Assembly (NCBI GenBank): GCA_041679025.1
Contig: JBAYNC010000001.1
Location: forward strand, 1 to 38,073
DNA: 38,073 nucleotides
Direction: 5' to 3'
DNA from: Patescibacteria group bacterium
Lineage (GTDB): Bacteria > Patescibacteriota > Patescibacteriia > Patescibacteriales > UBA12465
The position numbers were made by a program, and so were the translations under genes. Shown piece after piece: positions 24,355 to 33,699 of this stretch. The notes beneath the pieces were generated by a model, which saw nothing but the letters and a program-made list of their open reading frames with translations, had not been told where the DNA came from and did not search any database. Within the stretch, counting starts at the first letter, position 1. The number at the start of each line of letters is the position of its first letter.

Positions 24355-25718
24355 TTAAATTATCATTTCATGGTGCTTGTCGCGAGGTGACAGGTTCTTG
24401 TAATTTATTGGAGCACGAAGGAAAAAAGTTCTTGGTAGATTGTGGCATTTTTCAGGGAGAACGTTTTTCGGCGGAAAGAAATTTGGAAGATTTTCACTTT
24501 GATCCAGCTGAAATCGAATATGTTTTTTTGACCCATGCCCATGTTGACCATTGTGGTCGTTTGCCGAAACTTTATAAGGATGGTTTTCGGGGGAAGGTTT
24601 TTTGTACGGAGCCGACTCGTGATTTAGTTGAAATTATGTTGCTTGACGCGGCACGAATTATTGCTCATGAGGCTATGGTTTTGGGGCGTGAGGCTTTATA
24701 TACTGAAGAGGACGTTGATGGTCTCATGAATCATTTTGAAATTTTGCTTTATGATCATATGAGTGTTATTGATGATCAAATCAAACTAAAGTTCCGTGAT
24801 GCCGGTCATATTTTAGGTTCGGCTTTTGTGGAATTATATATTACTGATGAGGGCAGAGAGAAGAAGATTATTTTTTCCGGTGATTTAGGGAACTCACCTT
24901 CGCCGATTATTCGTAATTTAGAGTTTGCTGACGGAGCCGATTTTGTCATCACTGAATCGACTTATGCTAGCGGAGTTCATGAGACTAAGGAAGAAGGGGT
25001 TGATAAGTTGCGTCGAGCTATTACAGAAACTGTCGGATTGGGAGGCGTATTAATGATTCCGGTTTTTGTGATCGAAAAAACTCAAGAAATTTTATTTGAA
25101 TTAAATTACTTAATGGAGAATAGAAAAATTCCACGAGTTCCGGTTTTTTTAGACAGTCCACTGGCGATTAAGGCGGTAGAAATTTATCGTCGTTATGAAG
25201 ATTTATATAATCGAGAGTCTTGGAATCTCGTTAGGTCCGGTGATGATATTTTTGATTTCCCGGGGTTAAAATTTACTTTAACCAAGGAGGAATCAAAGAA
25301 GATTAATGTTACTCAACCACCTAAAGTAATTTTAGCTTCATCTGGAATGTGTGTTGGTGGAAGAATCCCTTTTCATTTAAAGTTGAATTTAGATAACAAG
25401 TTAAATCATTTGCTCTTTGTGGCCTATCAGGCTCAGGGTTCTTTGGGGCGAAAAATTTTTCAAGGCGATCGTCGTGTTTTTATTGATGATCAACCGGTAG
25501 ATGTTCTAGCCAAGGTTTCGGTCATTAATTCTTTTTCTTCTCATGCTGACGCTCCTCGGATTATGGAATGGCTTGGCCGCATTAGTAATCCAAAACCAAC
25601 AACTATTTTTGTCAGTCACGGCGAGGAAAAGTCCAGTGATATTTTAGCAGAGAGAATTGTTAAAGAATTGGGGGCAAAATCAATTGTACCGGAGTATGGT
25701 ATGATTTATGAGTTATAG
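24351..25718 (+). CDS. Metallo-beta-lactamase / beta-CASP family ribonuclease (CPSF/RNase J-like)
   Basis: LTHAHVDHCGRLP (HxHxDH), DAGHILGS, ESTY, beta-CASP region, and C-terminal SSHAD...FVSHGE. Confidence 0.85.
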   Translation: MIKLSFHGACREVTGSCNLLEHEGKKFLVDCGIFQGERFSAERNLEDFHFDPAEIEYVFLTHAHVDHCGRLPKLYKDGFRGKVFCTEPTRDLVEIMLLDAARIIAHEAMVLGREALYTEEDVDGLMNHFEILLYDHMSVIDDQIKLKFRDAGHILGSAFVELYITDEGREKKIIFSGDLGNSPSPIIRNLEFADGADFVITESTYASGVHETKEEGVDKLRRAITETVGLGGVLMIPVFVIEKTQEILFELNYLMENRKIPRVPVFLDSPLAIKAVEIYRRYEDLYNRESWNLVRSGDDIFDFPGLKFTLTKEESKKINVTQPPKVILASSGMCVGGRIPFHLKLNLDNKLNHLLFVAYQAQGSLGRKIFQGDRRVFIDDQPVDVLAKVSVINSFSSHADAPRIMEWLGRISNPKPTTIFVSHGEEKSSDILAERIVKELGAKSIVPEYGMIYEL

Positions 25719-25745
25719 ACTTTATTTATTTAATTAATTAAAAAT

Positions 25746-26084
25746 ATGAAATTACTTATTCGTTTATTATTAAATGTTATCGCTCTTTTAGTTTCTCCTT
25801 ATCTAATCGCTGGGGTGGATGTGGCTAATTTCTACACTGCTATTATCGCTGCAATTATTTTGGGTCTGGTTAATGCTATTCTTCGTCCGATTCTAGTGAT
25901 ATTAACTTTGCCTATTAATATTTTGACCTTGGGTCTTTTTACTTTAGTTATTAATTCCTTGCTAGTGCTTTTTGTGGCTAGTTTTGTGAAGGGTTTTGCG
26001 GTAATTGGTTTTTGGCCAGCCTTCTTTCTATCTTTATTTTTGTGGCTCGTATCTTGGTTAACTAATTTAATGTTGAAAGATTAA
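25746..26084 (+). CDS. Small 4-TM membrane protein of the Phage_holin_4_2 / YvlD (DUF360) family
   Basis: ILGLVNAILRPILVILTLPINILTLGLFTLVINSLLVLFVA is the family hallmark. 112 aa. Confidence 0.7.
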   Translation: MKLLIRLLLNVIALLVSPYLIAGVDVANFYTAIIAAIILGLVNAILRPILVILTLPINILTLGLFTLVINSLLVLFVASFVKGFAVIGFWPAFFLSLFLWLVSWLTNLMLKD

Positions 26085-26089
26085 TCACT

Positions 26090-26860
26090 ATGTCGATTTA
26101 TTATAGCGCCAACAAAACTAAGAACTTATTTGATCCCCATAGTCAAACTCCTTTTAAGTTGAGTCGTTCGAAGATCGATCTGTTTTTAAATTGTCCGCGT
26201 TGTTTCTATTTGGATCGTCGTTTGGGAATATCTCAGCCACCAGGATTTCCTTTTAATTTAAATACTGCCGTTGATACGCTTCTTAAAAAAGAATTTGATA
26301 TTCATCGTGCCCAAAATTCCAAACACCCGTTGTTGGCGTCTTATGGTTTAGATCTTATTCCTTTTAGTCATCCAGCCATGAATGAATGGCGGACTAATTT
26401 TACTGGAGTTAGATATCATCATCAACCCACTAATTTATTAATTTTTGGCGCCGTGGATGATGTCTGGGTTGATGAAAAAAATATTTTGTATGTAGTGGAT
26501 TATAAGTCGACTAGTAAAGAGAGCGAGGTTAATATCGACGCTGATTGGCAGATTGCTTATAAGCGCCAAATGGAAGTTTATCAATGGCTATTACGTCAAA
26601 ACGGTTTCGTCGTTTCTGATACTGGTTATTTTGTTTATTGTAACGGCAAGACTGATCGAGAAGCTTTTGACGCTAAATTAGAATTTGATATTAAACTTAT
26701 CCCTTATTCGGGAAGCGATAGTTGGATCGAAAAGACTATTACTCAGGCCAAGGATTGTTTGTTGTCGGATAATATTCCTAATCCCGGGACAGATTGTGAT
26801 TATTGTAATTATGTTGCCTCTGCCAGCAGTGTTAATAAAATTCAAACTAGCTTATTTTAA
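26090..26860 (+). CDS. PD-(D/E)XK nuclease, Cas4/RecB-like, with four Cys suggesting an Fe-S cluster
   Basis: SRSKIDLFLNCPRCFY (N-terminal CxxC), GAVDDVWVD...LYVVDYKST (D...DxK), RQMEVYQWLL (QxxxY), and C-terminal DCDYCNY (CxxC). Confidence 0.75.
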   Translation: MSIYYSANKTKNLFDPHSQTPFKLSRSKIDLFLNCPRCFYLDRRLGISQPPGFPFNLNTAVDTLLKKEFDIHRAQNSKHPLLASYGLDLIPFSHPAMNEWRTNFTGVRYHHQPTNLLIFGAVDDVWVDEKNILYVVDYKSTSKESEVNIDADWQIAYKRQMEVYQWLLRQNGFVVSDTGYFVYCNGKTDREAFDAKLEFDIKLIPYSGSDSWIEKTITQAKDCLLSDNIPNPGTDCDYCNYVASASSVNKIQTSLF

Positions 26861-26863
26861 AAA

Positions 26864-27338
26864 TATGTCTGACATTATTAAATCTTATAAACTACCTAAA
26901 TCAGTATTAGCCTTCCATTTAATTAGAATAATTATTGTTTGGTTAGTTGGTATCTTGCCAACTTGGTTTTTGAGTCAGGATTTGAAATTGACCATGTCGT
27001 TAGCCCTTATTTTATTTATTCTAGGGGCGATTATCTTTTTTGTTGCCTATTTGGAATATTATTATTTTACTCTAGAAATTGGAGTTGATAGTTTTACCGT
27101 TAGATCTGGAATTATTGTTAAGAATATCAAGACTATCGCTTTTAGATCTATTCAGAGCCTTGATGTTAGATACGATCCTTTCTTGCAAATCTTTGCTTTG
27201 GCCGTAGTTAATATTTGGAGTTCATCACCGGAACAATTAAATGTTAATTCTGGTAGTAGTAATAATCGCCCAGCTTTTTCTTTTTATATGACTAGATTTG
27301 AGGCCGAAGCTTTAAAGCAGAGTATTGCTTCTCGTTAG
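26864..27338 (+). CDS. Membrane protein with a bacterial PH (bPH_2, YdbS/YdbT-like) domain
   Basis: Real start at ATG 26864 (MSDIIKSYKL...). The track ORF from 26685 is an out-of-frame read-through of the nuclease gene. Two TM helices, then FTVRSGIIVKNIKTIAFRSIQSLDVRYDPFLQIFALAVVNIWSS. Confidence 0.6.
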
Positions 27339-27339
27339 T

Positions 27340-27648
27340 ATGAAAGGCTCTAAAATTCGTTTACCAAAAAGAAATAAATATCGGAAAATAGTAGATGATG
27401 TTTTGGACTTGCATGGTTTTTACAAAATTGAGGCAGAAGAGGCGGTAATTAGTTTTTTAGCTGAAGCTTCGCGTCGTGGTTATCAGTTAGTCAGAGTTAT
27501 AACCGGTAAGGGAATTCATTCTATTGATGGCCGTGGAGTTTTGAATGATTTTGTATACAATTTTTTACGAGATAGAGGATATCAATTCAATTTTGCTAAA
27601 ATTAATGAGGGCGGAGAAGGCGCCTTTGATATTAATTTAAAAAGATAG
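27340..27648 (+). CDS. Stand-alone Smr-domain protein (small MutS-related nuclease domain)
   Basis: LDLHGFYKIEAEEAVISFL...VRVITGKGIHS. I prefer ATG 27340, 2 nt after the upstream stop, over the TTG at 27325. Confidence 0.8.
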   Translation: MKGSKIRLPKRNKYRKIVDDVLDLHGFYKIEAEEAVISFLAEASRRGYQLVRVITGKGIHSIDGRGVLNDFVYNFLRDRGYQFNFAKINEGGEGAFDINLKR

Positions 27649-27653
27649 GTTAT

Positions 27654-28355
27654 ATGGTTAAACTTAAAATTGCTCAAGAGTTAAAGGCTAGTGCTAATCC
27701 GGAGAAGGCTGTTATTTTGTCTTCTTTTTTTAAGACTGCTCCGGGAGAATATGGTGCGGGTGATATTTTTTTAGGAATAATGGTGCCTCGGCAGAGAGAA
27801 ATAGCTAGAAATAATATTGATGTTTCTTTAAATGAATTGCAAATTTTGTTAAATTCCAAAATCCATGAGTTTCGCCTAACTGCTCTTCTAATTTTAGTTT
27901 TTAAGTATGAGCGGTCTGATTTAAAAGATAGAAAGAAGTTGGTTGACTTTTACTTAAAAAACACCAATAATATAAACAATTGGGATTTGGTTGATCTTTC
28001 TGCCCCCAAGATTTTAGGGGCTTATTTATTAGATTTTGATCGAAAACCACTTTATAAATTGGCTGTTTCTAAAAACTTATGGCAGCGGCGGATTGCTATT
28101 ATTTCCACCTTAGCTTTTATCAAACAAAATCAATTTGAGGACACTTTAAATATTGCTCAAGTTTTATTAAGTGACCAGCATGATTTGATTCAGAAGGCAG
28201 TGGGTTGGATGCTCCGAGAGGTGGGAAAAAAGAACCTGAAATTAGAGTTGGAATTTTTATATAAATACTATAAGTTAATGCCTCGGACAATGTTGCGTTA
28301 TGCGATTGAGAAATTTCCGGAAAATAAAAGAAAACAATTTTTAAATAAAAAATAA
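27654..28355 (+). CDS. DNA alkylation repair protein (AlkD-like HEAT-repeat glycosylase family)
   Basis: NPEKAVILSSFFKTAPGEYGAGDIFLGI..., INNWDLVDLSAPKILG, LWQRRIAIISTLAFI, and QKAVGWMLREVGKK. Confidence 0.8.
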   Translation: MVKLKIAQELKASANPEKAVILSSFFKTAPGEYGAGDIFLGIMVPRQREIARNNIDVSLNELQILLNSKIHEFRLTALLILVFKYERSDLKDRKKLVDFYLKNTNNINNWDLVDLSAPKILGAYLLDFDRKPLYKLAVSKNLWQRRIAIISTLAFIKQNQFEDTLNIAQVLLSDQHDLIQKAVGWMLREVGKKNLKLELEFLYKYYKLMPRTMLRYAIEKFPENKRKQFLNKK

Positions 28356-28364
28356 TTTAATAAT

Positions 28365-29339
28365 ATGGGAATAAAAATAGTTGGCCAGATCGATTTAGAA
28401 CAATTTAAAAAAAAGCCTAAGCTAAATGTTCCTGACTCATTTGAGAAAGAGACTTCTAATGAGTCATTGAATTTAGCTTTAAGGGAAATGTCTGACAAGA
28501 CCAATGAACGTTTTGGTTATTTTTTAAAACCCGATGCTTCAATTGATAGTCGGGAGTATAAATTTTCAGACAAAGATGTTGATGAGAGATTTGTGGAAGA
28601 TAAAGAGGCTGAGTTCGCGGCTAAGAAGAAAATGAACAAAGAAGAGTGGACAAAGATGCGCGAAGGCGCTCGCGGAATAATGACGGAAAAAGCTCTGACC
28701 TTATTGTTTTATAAATTCTTTGGTGATGATTTTATCGTTGCCCGGACCGCACCTTATGACGATTATCGTCATGGTGTTGATATGTTGATTGTTAATTTAG
28801 AAACTGGATCTCCAATTTGCGGTGTGGATGAGATGGGAGCTAATGATGAGTTTAGCTATCGTCATAAGGGTCAGAAGATTTATGATATTATCGGGCATAA
28901 TGGAGCTCTAGTTAAATATGGCGCTACTTTTAAGCATGGTGAATTACAGAAGAAGTTAATTAGAAATGTCCCGGCCTTCTATATGTCACTAGACGACGAA
29001 GATCTCAAAAAATTAATGCCAGCCTTAGAACAAAAAGGAACTTCTGATGTGGAAAGTGATATCGTTAAGCGTATCTTGAATTCATTTGAAAGCCAATTAG
29101 CAACTCTTTATAAAGAGCATCTTGATGTTAAAGAAAATCTTTTTGATGTTCAAACTAAATTATTATTAGAAAAAGAAGATCTTAAAGACGTCTTCGGTGA
29201 ATGCGATTGGGGGCAGACTGATGAGGGGAAAGAATTAAAGATTAAGATTGGAAAGAATAACCTGAGTCTTAACTTATTAAATTTTCAAAAGTCACTTCAA
29301 AAAATGAAAGATATTTATCAAAAGAATAAAAAACAATAA
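28365..29339 (+). CDS. Hypothetical protein (324 aa, soluble, charged; no family recognised)
   Basis: Long ORF in operon-like packing, 9 nt after the AlkD-like gene and 2 nt before cysS. The central block is [33 protein letters not shown]. The C-terminus is predicted coiled-coil. Confidence 0.6.
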   Translation: MGIKIVGQIDLEQFKKKPKLNVPDSFEKETSNESLNLALREMSDKTNERFGYFLKPDASIDSREYKFSDKDVDERFVEDKEAEFAAKKKMNKEEWTKMREGARGIMTEKALTLLFYKFFGDDFIVARTAPYDDYRHGVDMLIVNLETGSPICGVDEMGANDEFSYRHKGQKIYDIIGHNGALVKYGATFKHGELQKKLIRNVPAFYMSLDDEDLKKLMPALEQKGTSDVESDIVKRILNSFESQLATLYKEHLDVKENLFDVQTKLLLEKEDLKDVFGECDWGQTDEGKELKIKIGKNNLSLNLLNFQKSLQKMKDIYQKNKKQ

Positions 29340-29341
29340 CT

Positions 29342-30712
29342 ATGTCCGAATTATTTTTGTACAATACCTTAAGTCGCAGTTTAGAAAAATTTACTCCAAT
29401 TGATAATGATTTAGTTGGTCTCTATACTTGTGGTCCAACAGTCTATAATTTTGCTCATATTGGTAATCTCAGAACTTATCTTTTTGAAGATATCTTGAAG
29501 AGGGTCTTAACTTACAACGGTTATAATGTGCGGCATGTTATGAATATTACCGATGTTGGTCATTTGGTGGGTGATGCTGATGGTGGAGAGGATAAAATGG
29601 AAGAGGGCTCCAAGCGAGAAGGCCGAAGTGCCTGGGAAGTGGCGGAGTTTTATACTACAGCCTTTAAAAAAGATTTACTTGCTTTAAATATTATTGAGCC
29701 AATTATTTGGTGTCAGGCGACTGATAATATTCCGGAACAAATTGAGTTGATTAAGATTCTAGAATCTAAAAATTATACTTATATTACTCCCGATGGAGTT
29801 TATTTTGATACTGCTAAGCTTCCTGATTATAATAAGCTCAGTCATTTAAATTTAGATGAATTGAAAGAGGGGGCTCGAATAGAAAAAAACGAGGCCAAAA
29901 GAAATGCAACCGATTTTGCTTTGTGGAAATTTTCGCCGGTTGATCAGAAACGTCAGATGGAATGGGAATCTCCTTGGGGGATTGGTTTTCCTGGTTGGCA
30001 TATTGAATGTTCGGCGATGAGTTTAAAATATCTCGGAAAAAATTTAGATATTCATTGTGGTGGAATTGATCATATCAATGTTCATCATACCAATGAAATA
30101 GCTCAAAGCGAGGCAGCGACCGGAAAGAAGTTCTTTAATTATTGGTTACATGGAGCTTTCTTAAATATTGCCGGCGGTAGGAAAATGGCCAAGAGTGATG
30201 ATAATTTTTTAACTCTTGATAATGCTTTTATTCAAAAAGGGATTAACCCTTTAGCTTATCGTTATGCAATGTTGAGCGTTGGCTATCGTAAGCCAATGGA
30301 GTATAGCGAGGAGATTATAAAAAACTCTGAGAATAGCTTGAATCATTTGCGCCATCAGGTCAGTGATTTGGGTTCTGAGGTCGGCGAAATTAGTAAGGAA
30401 TATAAGTATCGATTTTTGGATGCTATTAATGATGATTTAAATTTGCCCCAAGCCTTAGCCGTAGTTTCAGAAATGCTAAAGTCAGAGCTCGGAGTCTCGG
30501 ACAAATTGGCGACTATTTTAGATTTTGATTTAGTTTTAGGTTTAGATTTGGTCGAGAAAATTCCGGCTGAAATCATGGCCTTGGCTCAAGAGCGCGAAGA
30601 GGCTCGGGCTAGCAAGGATTGGTCGAGATCAGATGAATTGCGTCAGATAATTGAAGACCAAGGTTATTTGTTAAAGGATGGAGCTGGTGGCTTTGTCTTG
30701 ATGAAAAAATAA
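29342..30712 (+). CDS. cysS: Cysteine--tRNA ligase
   Basis: [15 protein letters not shown] (HIGH), WHIECSAM, and KMAKSDDN (KMSKS). Confidence 0.95.
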   Translation: MSELFLYNTLSRSLEKFTPIDNDLVGLYTCGPTVYNFAHIGNLRTYLFEDILKRVLTYNGYNVRHVMNITDVGHLVGDADGGEDKMEEGSKREGRSAWEVAEFYTTAFKKDLLALNIIEPIIWCQATDNIPEQIELIKILESKNYTYITPDGVYFDTAKLPDYNKLSHLNLDELKEGARIEKNEAKRNATDFALWKFSPVDQKRQMEWESPWGIGFPGWHIECSAMSLKYLGKNLDIHCGGIDHINVHHTNEIAQSEAATGKKFFNYWLHGAFLNIAGGRKMAKSDDNFLTLDNAFIQKGINPLAYRYAMLSVGYRKPMEYSEEIIKNSENSLNHLRHQVSDLGSEVGEISKEYKYRFLDAINDDLNLPQALAVVSEMLKSELGVSDKLATILDFDLVLGLDLVEKIPAEIMALAQEREEARASKDWSRSDELRQIIEDQGYLLKDGAGGFVLMKK

Positions 30713-30715
30713 TAT

Positions 30716-31645
30716 ATGGCTTCCAATTTTTGGTCGAAATTAAAAAAACCAATTTTAGCTATGGCGCCCTTGGCTGGATTGACTGATAGTCCTTTCCGAA
30801 TTTTAGTTAAGAAATATGGTGCCGCTGTTTTATATAGTGAGATGGCCAGTGCTACCGCCTTATTTTACAATCCCCAAGAAACTTTAAAGTTGCTTAAATT
30901 TACTAAGACTGAAAGGCCTTATGTCGTCCAACTTTTTGGTTCTAATCCGGAGCATTTCGCGGTAGCCACCAAAATAATTTCTCAAAAGATTAAGCCCGAT
31001 GGTATTGATATCAATTTTGGTTGTCCGGTTAGGAAAGTTACCAAGCAAGGTGCTGGGTCGGCTCTGATGGCTAATCTAGAAAAATCACGAGCAGTAATTG
31101 AGGCCGTACTCTCAAATACTAAATTGCCAGTGTCGATAAAAGTTAGGACTCAATCTGGTCGGGTAAAATTAAAAGATTTTTTAAAAAATATTTCTGATTT
31201 AAAAATTGCCACTATAATGATTCATGGTCGGACTTTGCAACAAGGGTTTAATGGCCCGATAGATTTGGTGGCGATTAAAGAAGCTCGAAATTATTTTTCC
31301 GGTATTATTTTAGCCAATGGCGGTATTAATAACCGATCTGATATGTTATCGGTTTTGTCAGAGACTGGAGCAGGCGGTGTCGGCATTGGTCGGGGAGCCT
31401 TAGGGCATCCTTGGATTTTTAAAGAATTGGAAGATCCACAATTTAAAATTAGTTTTGATCAAATAGCCCGTTTAGCATTTAGACATTCCCAGTTGATGTT
31501 TAAACAAAAGGGTCAATCTGGTATACTGGAAATGCGGAAGCATTTATGTTGGTATGTTAACGGTTTGCCGGGAGCCAGAAAGATGCGAGCTGAAATGGTC
31601 CAGGTAGAAAGTTTAGCAGATATTAAAAAAGCCTTATCATTGTAA
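30716..31645 (+). CDS. dusB: tRNA-dihydrouridine synthase
   Basis: LAPLAGLTDSPFR, GIDINFGCPVRKV, IKVR, and MIHGRT. Confidence 0.9.
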   Translation: MASNFWSKLKKPILAMAPLAGLTDSPFRILVKKYGAAVLYSEMASATALFYNPQETLKLLKFTKTERPYVVQLFGSNPEHFAVATKIISQKIKPDGIDINFGCPVRKVTKQGAGSALMANLEKSRAVIEAVLSNTKLPVSIKVRTQSGRVKLKDFLKNISDLKIATIMIHGRTLQQGFNGPIDLVAIKEARNYFSGIILANGGINNRSDMLSVLSETGAGGVGIGRGALGHPWIFKELEDPQFKISFDQIARLAFRHSQLMFKQKGQSGILEMRKHLCWYVNGLPGARKMRAEMVQVESLADIKKALSL

Positions 31646-31647
31646 TT

Positions 31648-33120
31648 ATGAAAAAAATCTATATATCATTTTTAATCGTTTGTAGTCTTGGTTGTTTGTT
31701 TTTTTCCCGTCCGGTTCAAGCGGCTAGTTTGTCTGGTCGAATTTTTTTGCAAGTTCAGGATAAGGGGCAGGCTTGGTATGTTTATCCAGTTGATGCTAAA
31801 CGTTATTATTTAGGACGCCCGGAAGATGCTTTTAACATCATGAGAAAGTTGGGGTTGGGCATCTCAGAAAAAGATTTTTTTGCCGCTGCTATTCGACCAC
31901 CTAAAAATATTATGGGTCGAATCATCTTGCGCGTTCAAGATAAAGGGCAGGCCTATTATGTTAATCCGTTAAATGGTCGCTTAAATTATTTAGGTCGTCC
32001 ATTTGATGCCTTTCAGGTAATCCGTAGTTTGGGCGAGGGAATAACTAATAGTGATTTAAATACAATTGTTTTAGGATATTTAGATTCCGCCTCTAATGTT
32101 TCTCCAATTCCAGTTAGTCAATTAGGTCCAGATCAGAGGGCTGTTAAATTTTCTTGGAAATATGATGGCAAGGATTATTATCTAAATCGAATTTTTAGCA
32201 AGGCTTTATATGAGCGATATAGTGCCATGCCTCGAGTTTTAACCTATCAGCAGAATAACGCTCCGGCTAATTTACGCGATAGTTTCTATGCTATGTTTTT
32301 AGCTTCTCGAAGTGGCGACAATACTTTGGATTTGGTTATTGAGGATTTAAAGAAGATCGCCCAGGATAATGAGATTACCGGTGATCGATTTGTAGAATTT
32401 ATTATGGCCTTTGTACAATATATTCCTTATGACACTAGTAAGCTCAATAATGATAATCAACCAAATTATATTTATGAAACCCTTTATCGAAATTTAGGAG
32501 TTTGCTCGGATAAAAGTTTTTTGGCGGTCGCTATTTTGCGGCAATTAGGATATGGCGCCGCTATCTTAGATTATCCTGATAGTAAGCACTCGGCTACTGG
32601 CGTTGCTTGTCCCAAGGATAAATCTACTGGTGGTTCTGGTTATTGTTTTATGGAAACTACCAATTTCTTTCCGATCGGGGTTATTCCCAACACCCTGAAG
32701 TCTGGTCAAGCTGAAAACTCTGGTCAATTTGATAATATTTTTAGCGACGATCACTTGGGAACCCTAGAGATTTATCAGAAGAGCTCGGCTAATGTCTATT
32801 CTGGAATTGTTCAAACAATGGCTAAAGTGGACTTGATTAAGAAATTGGCGCAAACTATTAGAACCTCGGAAGCTGATTTAGGCGCTATTTCTTTGGAGTT
32901 AGCGAGTGAGCGGGAGGTTTTAGACGCTATGCTATTAACTCTGAGTAATTATAAGGCTAGCGGTAATATCAGCGGTTATAACCAATTAACTCCTCAATAT
33001 AATACGGCGGCTAATAGTTATAATGAAAAAGCGGCTAATTACCAGCTAAAAGTGGATATTTATAACGCCACCGTTCAGGAGTATAATAATTTAACCAGGG
33101 CTTTTTACCAGCAAAGCTAG
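31648..33120 (+). CDS. Secreted protein: signal peptide, two ~47-aa repeat modules, transglutaminase-like cysteine protease core, C-terminal coiled coil
   Basis: Signal peptide ends at VQA|A. Candidate Cys/His of the transglutaminase-like fold in GVCSDKSFLAVAILRQLGYGAAILDY...KHSATGVAC. The C-terminus is Asn/Gln/Ala-rich and helical. Confidence 0.7.
   Translation: MKKIYISFLIVCSLGCLFFSRPVQAASLSGRIFLQVQDKGQAWYVYPVDAKRYYLGRPEDAFNIMRKLGLGISEKDFFAAAIRPPKNIMGRIILRVQDKGQAYYVNPLNGRLNYLGRPFDAFQVIRSLGEGITNSDLNTIVLGYLDSASNVSPIPVSQLGPDQRAVKFSWKYDGKDYYLNRIFSKALYERYSAMPRVLTYQQNNAPANLRDSFYAMFLASRSGDNTLDLVIEDLKKIAQDNEITGDRFVEFIMAFVQYIPYDTSKLNNDNQPNYIYETLYRNLGVCSDKSFLAVAILRQLGYGAAILDYPDSKHSATGVACPKDKSTGGSGYCFMETTNFFPIGVIPNTLKSGQAENSGQFDNIFSDDHLGTLEIYQKSSANVYSGIVQTMAKVDLIKKLAQTIRTSEADLGAISLELASEREVLDAMLLTLSNYKASGNISGYNQLTPQYNTAANSYNEKAANYQLKVDIYNATVQEYNNLTRAFYQQS
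31735..32055 (+). repeat. Two copies of a ~47-aa module with 60-aa (180-nt) period
   Basis: GRIFLQVQDKGQAWYVYPVDAKRYYLGRPEDAFNIMRKLGLGISEKD versus GRIILRVQDKGQAYYVNPLNGRLNYLGRPFDAFQVIRSLGEGITNSD. The similarity is also visible at the nucleotide level (31735 vs 31915). Confidence 0.85.
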
Positions 33121-33127
33121 AAACATC

Positions 33128-33156
33128 TTGACAAATCTATAGTATTGTGATATTAT
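33128..33156 (+). promoter_or_regulatory. Promoter TTGACA-17(TGa)-TATTAT for the 101-aa ORF
   Basis: TTGACA at 33128-33133, spacer ending in TGa, TATTAT at 33151-33156. A second TATAAT lies at 33162-33167. Confidence 0.6.
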
Positions 33157-33204
33157 TAAGCTATAATAATCGTCCTTTTTTATTAATCACAAAATATACA
33201 AGTC

Positions 33205-33510
33205 ATGGAAGCAATCAGGGTTTCTATAAGTAATTTTTTAGTAAGATGTATAATTGACCATGAGTTAAATGAAGTAGTAATAATGGATATTAACTCTGAG
33301 TTCAAAAGTCGCAATTTTCTCGGTGAAGAAGATGGTCAAAAAAGATGGAAAGAAGCTTCAGAAAAGTTCCCAGTTGAAGAATTATCTTCAAATGAAGAGC
33401 TTTCTAATATTTTTGATGAAGTCGAGGAAATTGAAAATCAATTTGCCAGCGATATGGCAAACGATCATACCCCATATTATTTTGAGGGGAAAAGAATAGT
33501 GTTTAAATAA
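33205..33510 (+). CDS. Hypothetical small, strongly acidic protein (101 aa)
   Basis: Has its own promoter and terminator. The D/E-rich C-terminal half is EELSSNEELSNIFDEVEEIENQFASDMAND. No recognisable family. Confidence 0.45.
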   Translation: MEAIRVSISNFLVRCIIDHELNEVVIMDINSEFKSRNFLGEEDGQKRWKEASEKFPVEELSSNEELSNIFDEVEEIENQFASDMANDHTPYYFEGKRIVFK

Positions 33511-33535
33511 AGAATAAAAATTTATTTTTTATTGG

Positions 33536-33562
33536 AAGCAAGGCCAAAAACCTTGTTTTTTT
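33536..33562 (+). terminator. Terminator after the 101-aa ORF
   Basis: Stem AAGCAAGG / CCTTGTTT with a 5-bp GC core CAAGG/CCTTG. Loop CCAAAAA, then a T-run. Confidence 0.55.
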
Positions 33563-33632
33563 GTATGATTGGGCTATTAAATTATTAAAATACTAATTTT
33601 TTTCGGGTATTAGTGGAAACTTTATGCCAAAC

Positions 33633-33661
33633 TTGACAAGTATCGATTAATATGATACAAT
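33633..33661 (+). promoter_or_regulatory. Promoter TTGACA-17(TGa)-TACAAT for the 195-aa ORF
   Basis: TTGACA at 33633-33638, spacer ending in TGa, TACAAT at 33656-33661. Confidence 0.6.
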
Positions 33662-33699
33662 TTGTTTATTAGAATAACTTAGTCTTTTGAAAAATAAAT

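Noticed and set aside
26685-26863. N-terminal 60 aa of track ORF 26685-27338, overlapping the nuclease gene
   Set aside because: It is an out-of-frame overlap with a well-supported PD-(D/E)XK CDS. An ATG at 26864, 3 nt after the nuclease stop, gives a sensible 2-TM + bPH protein.
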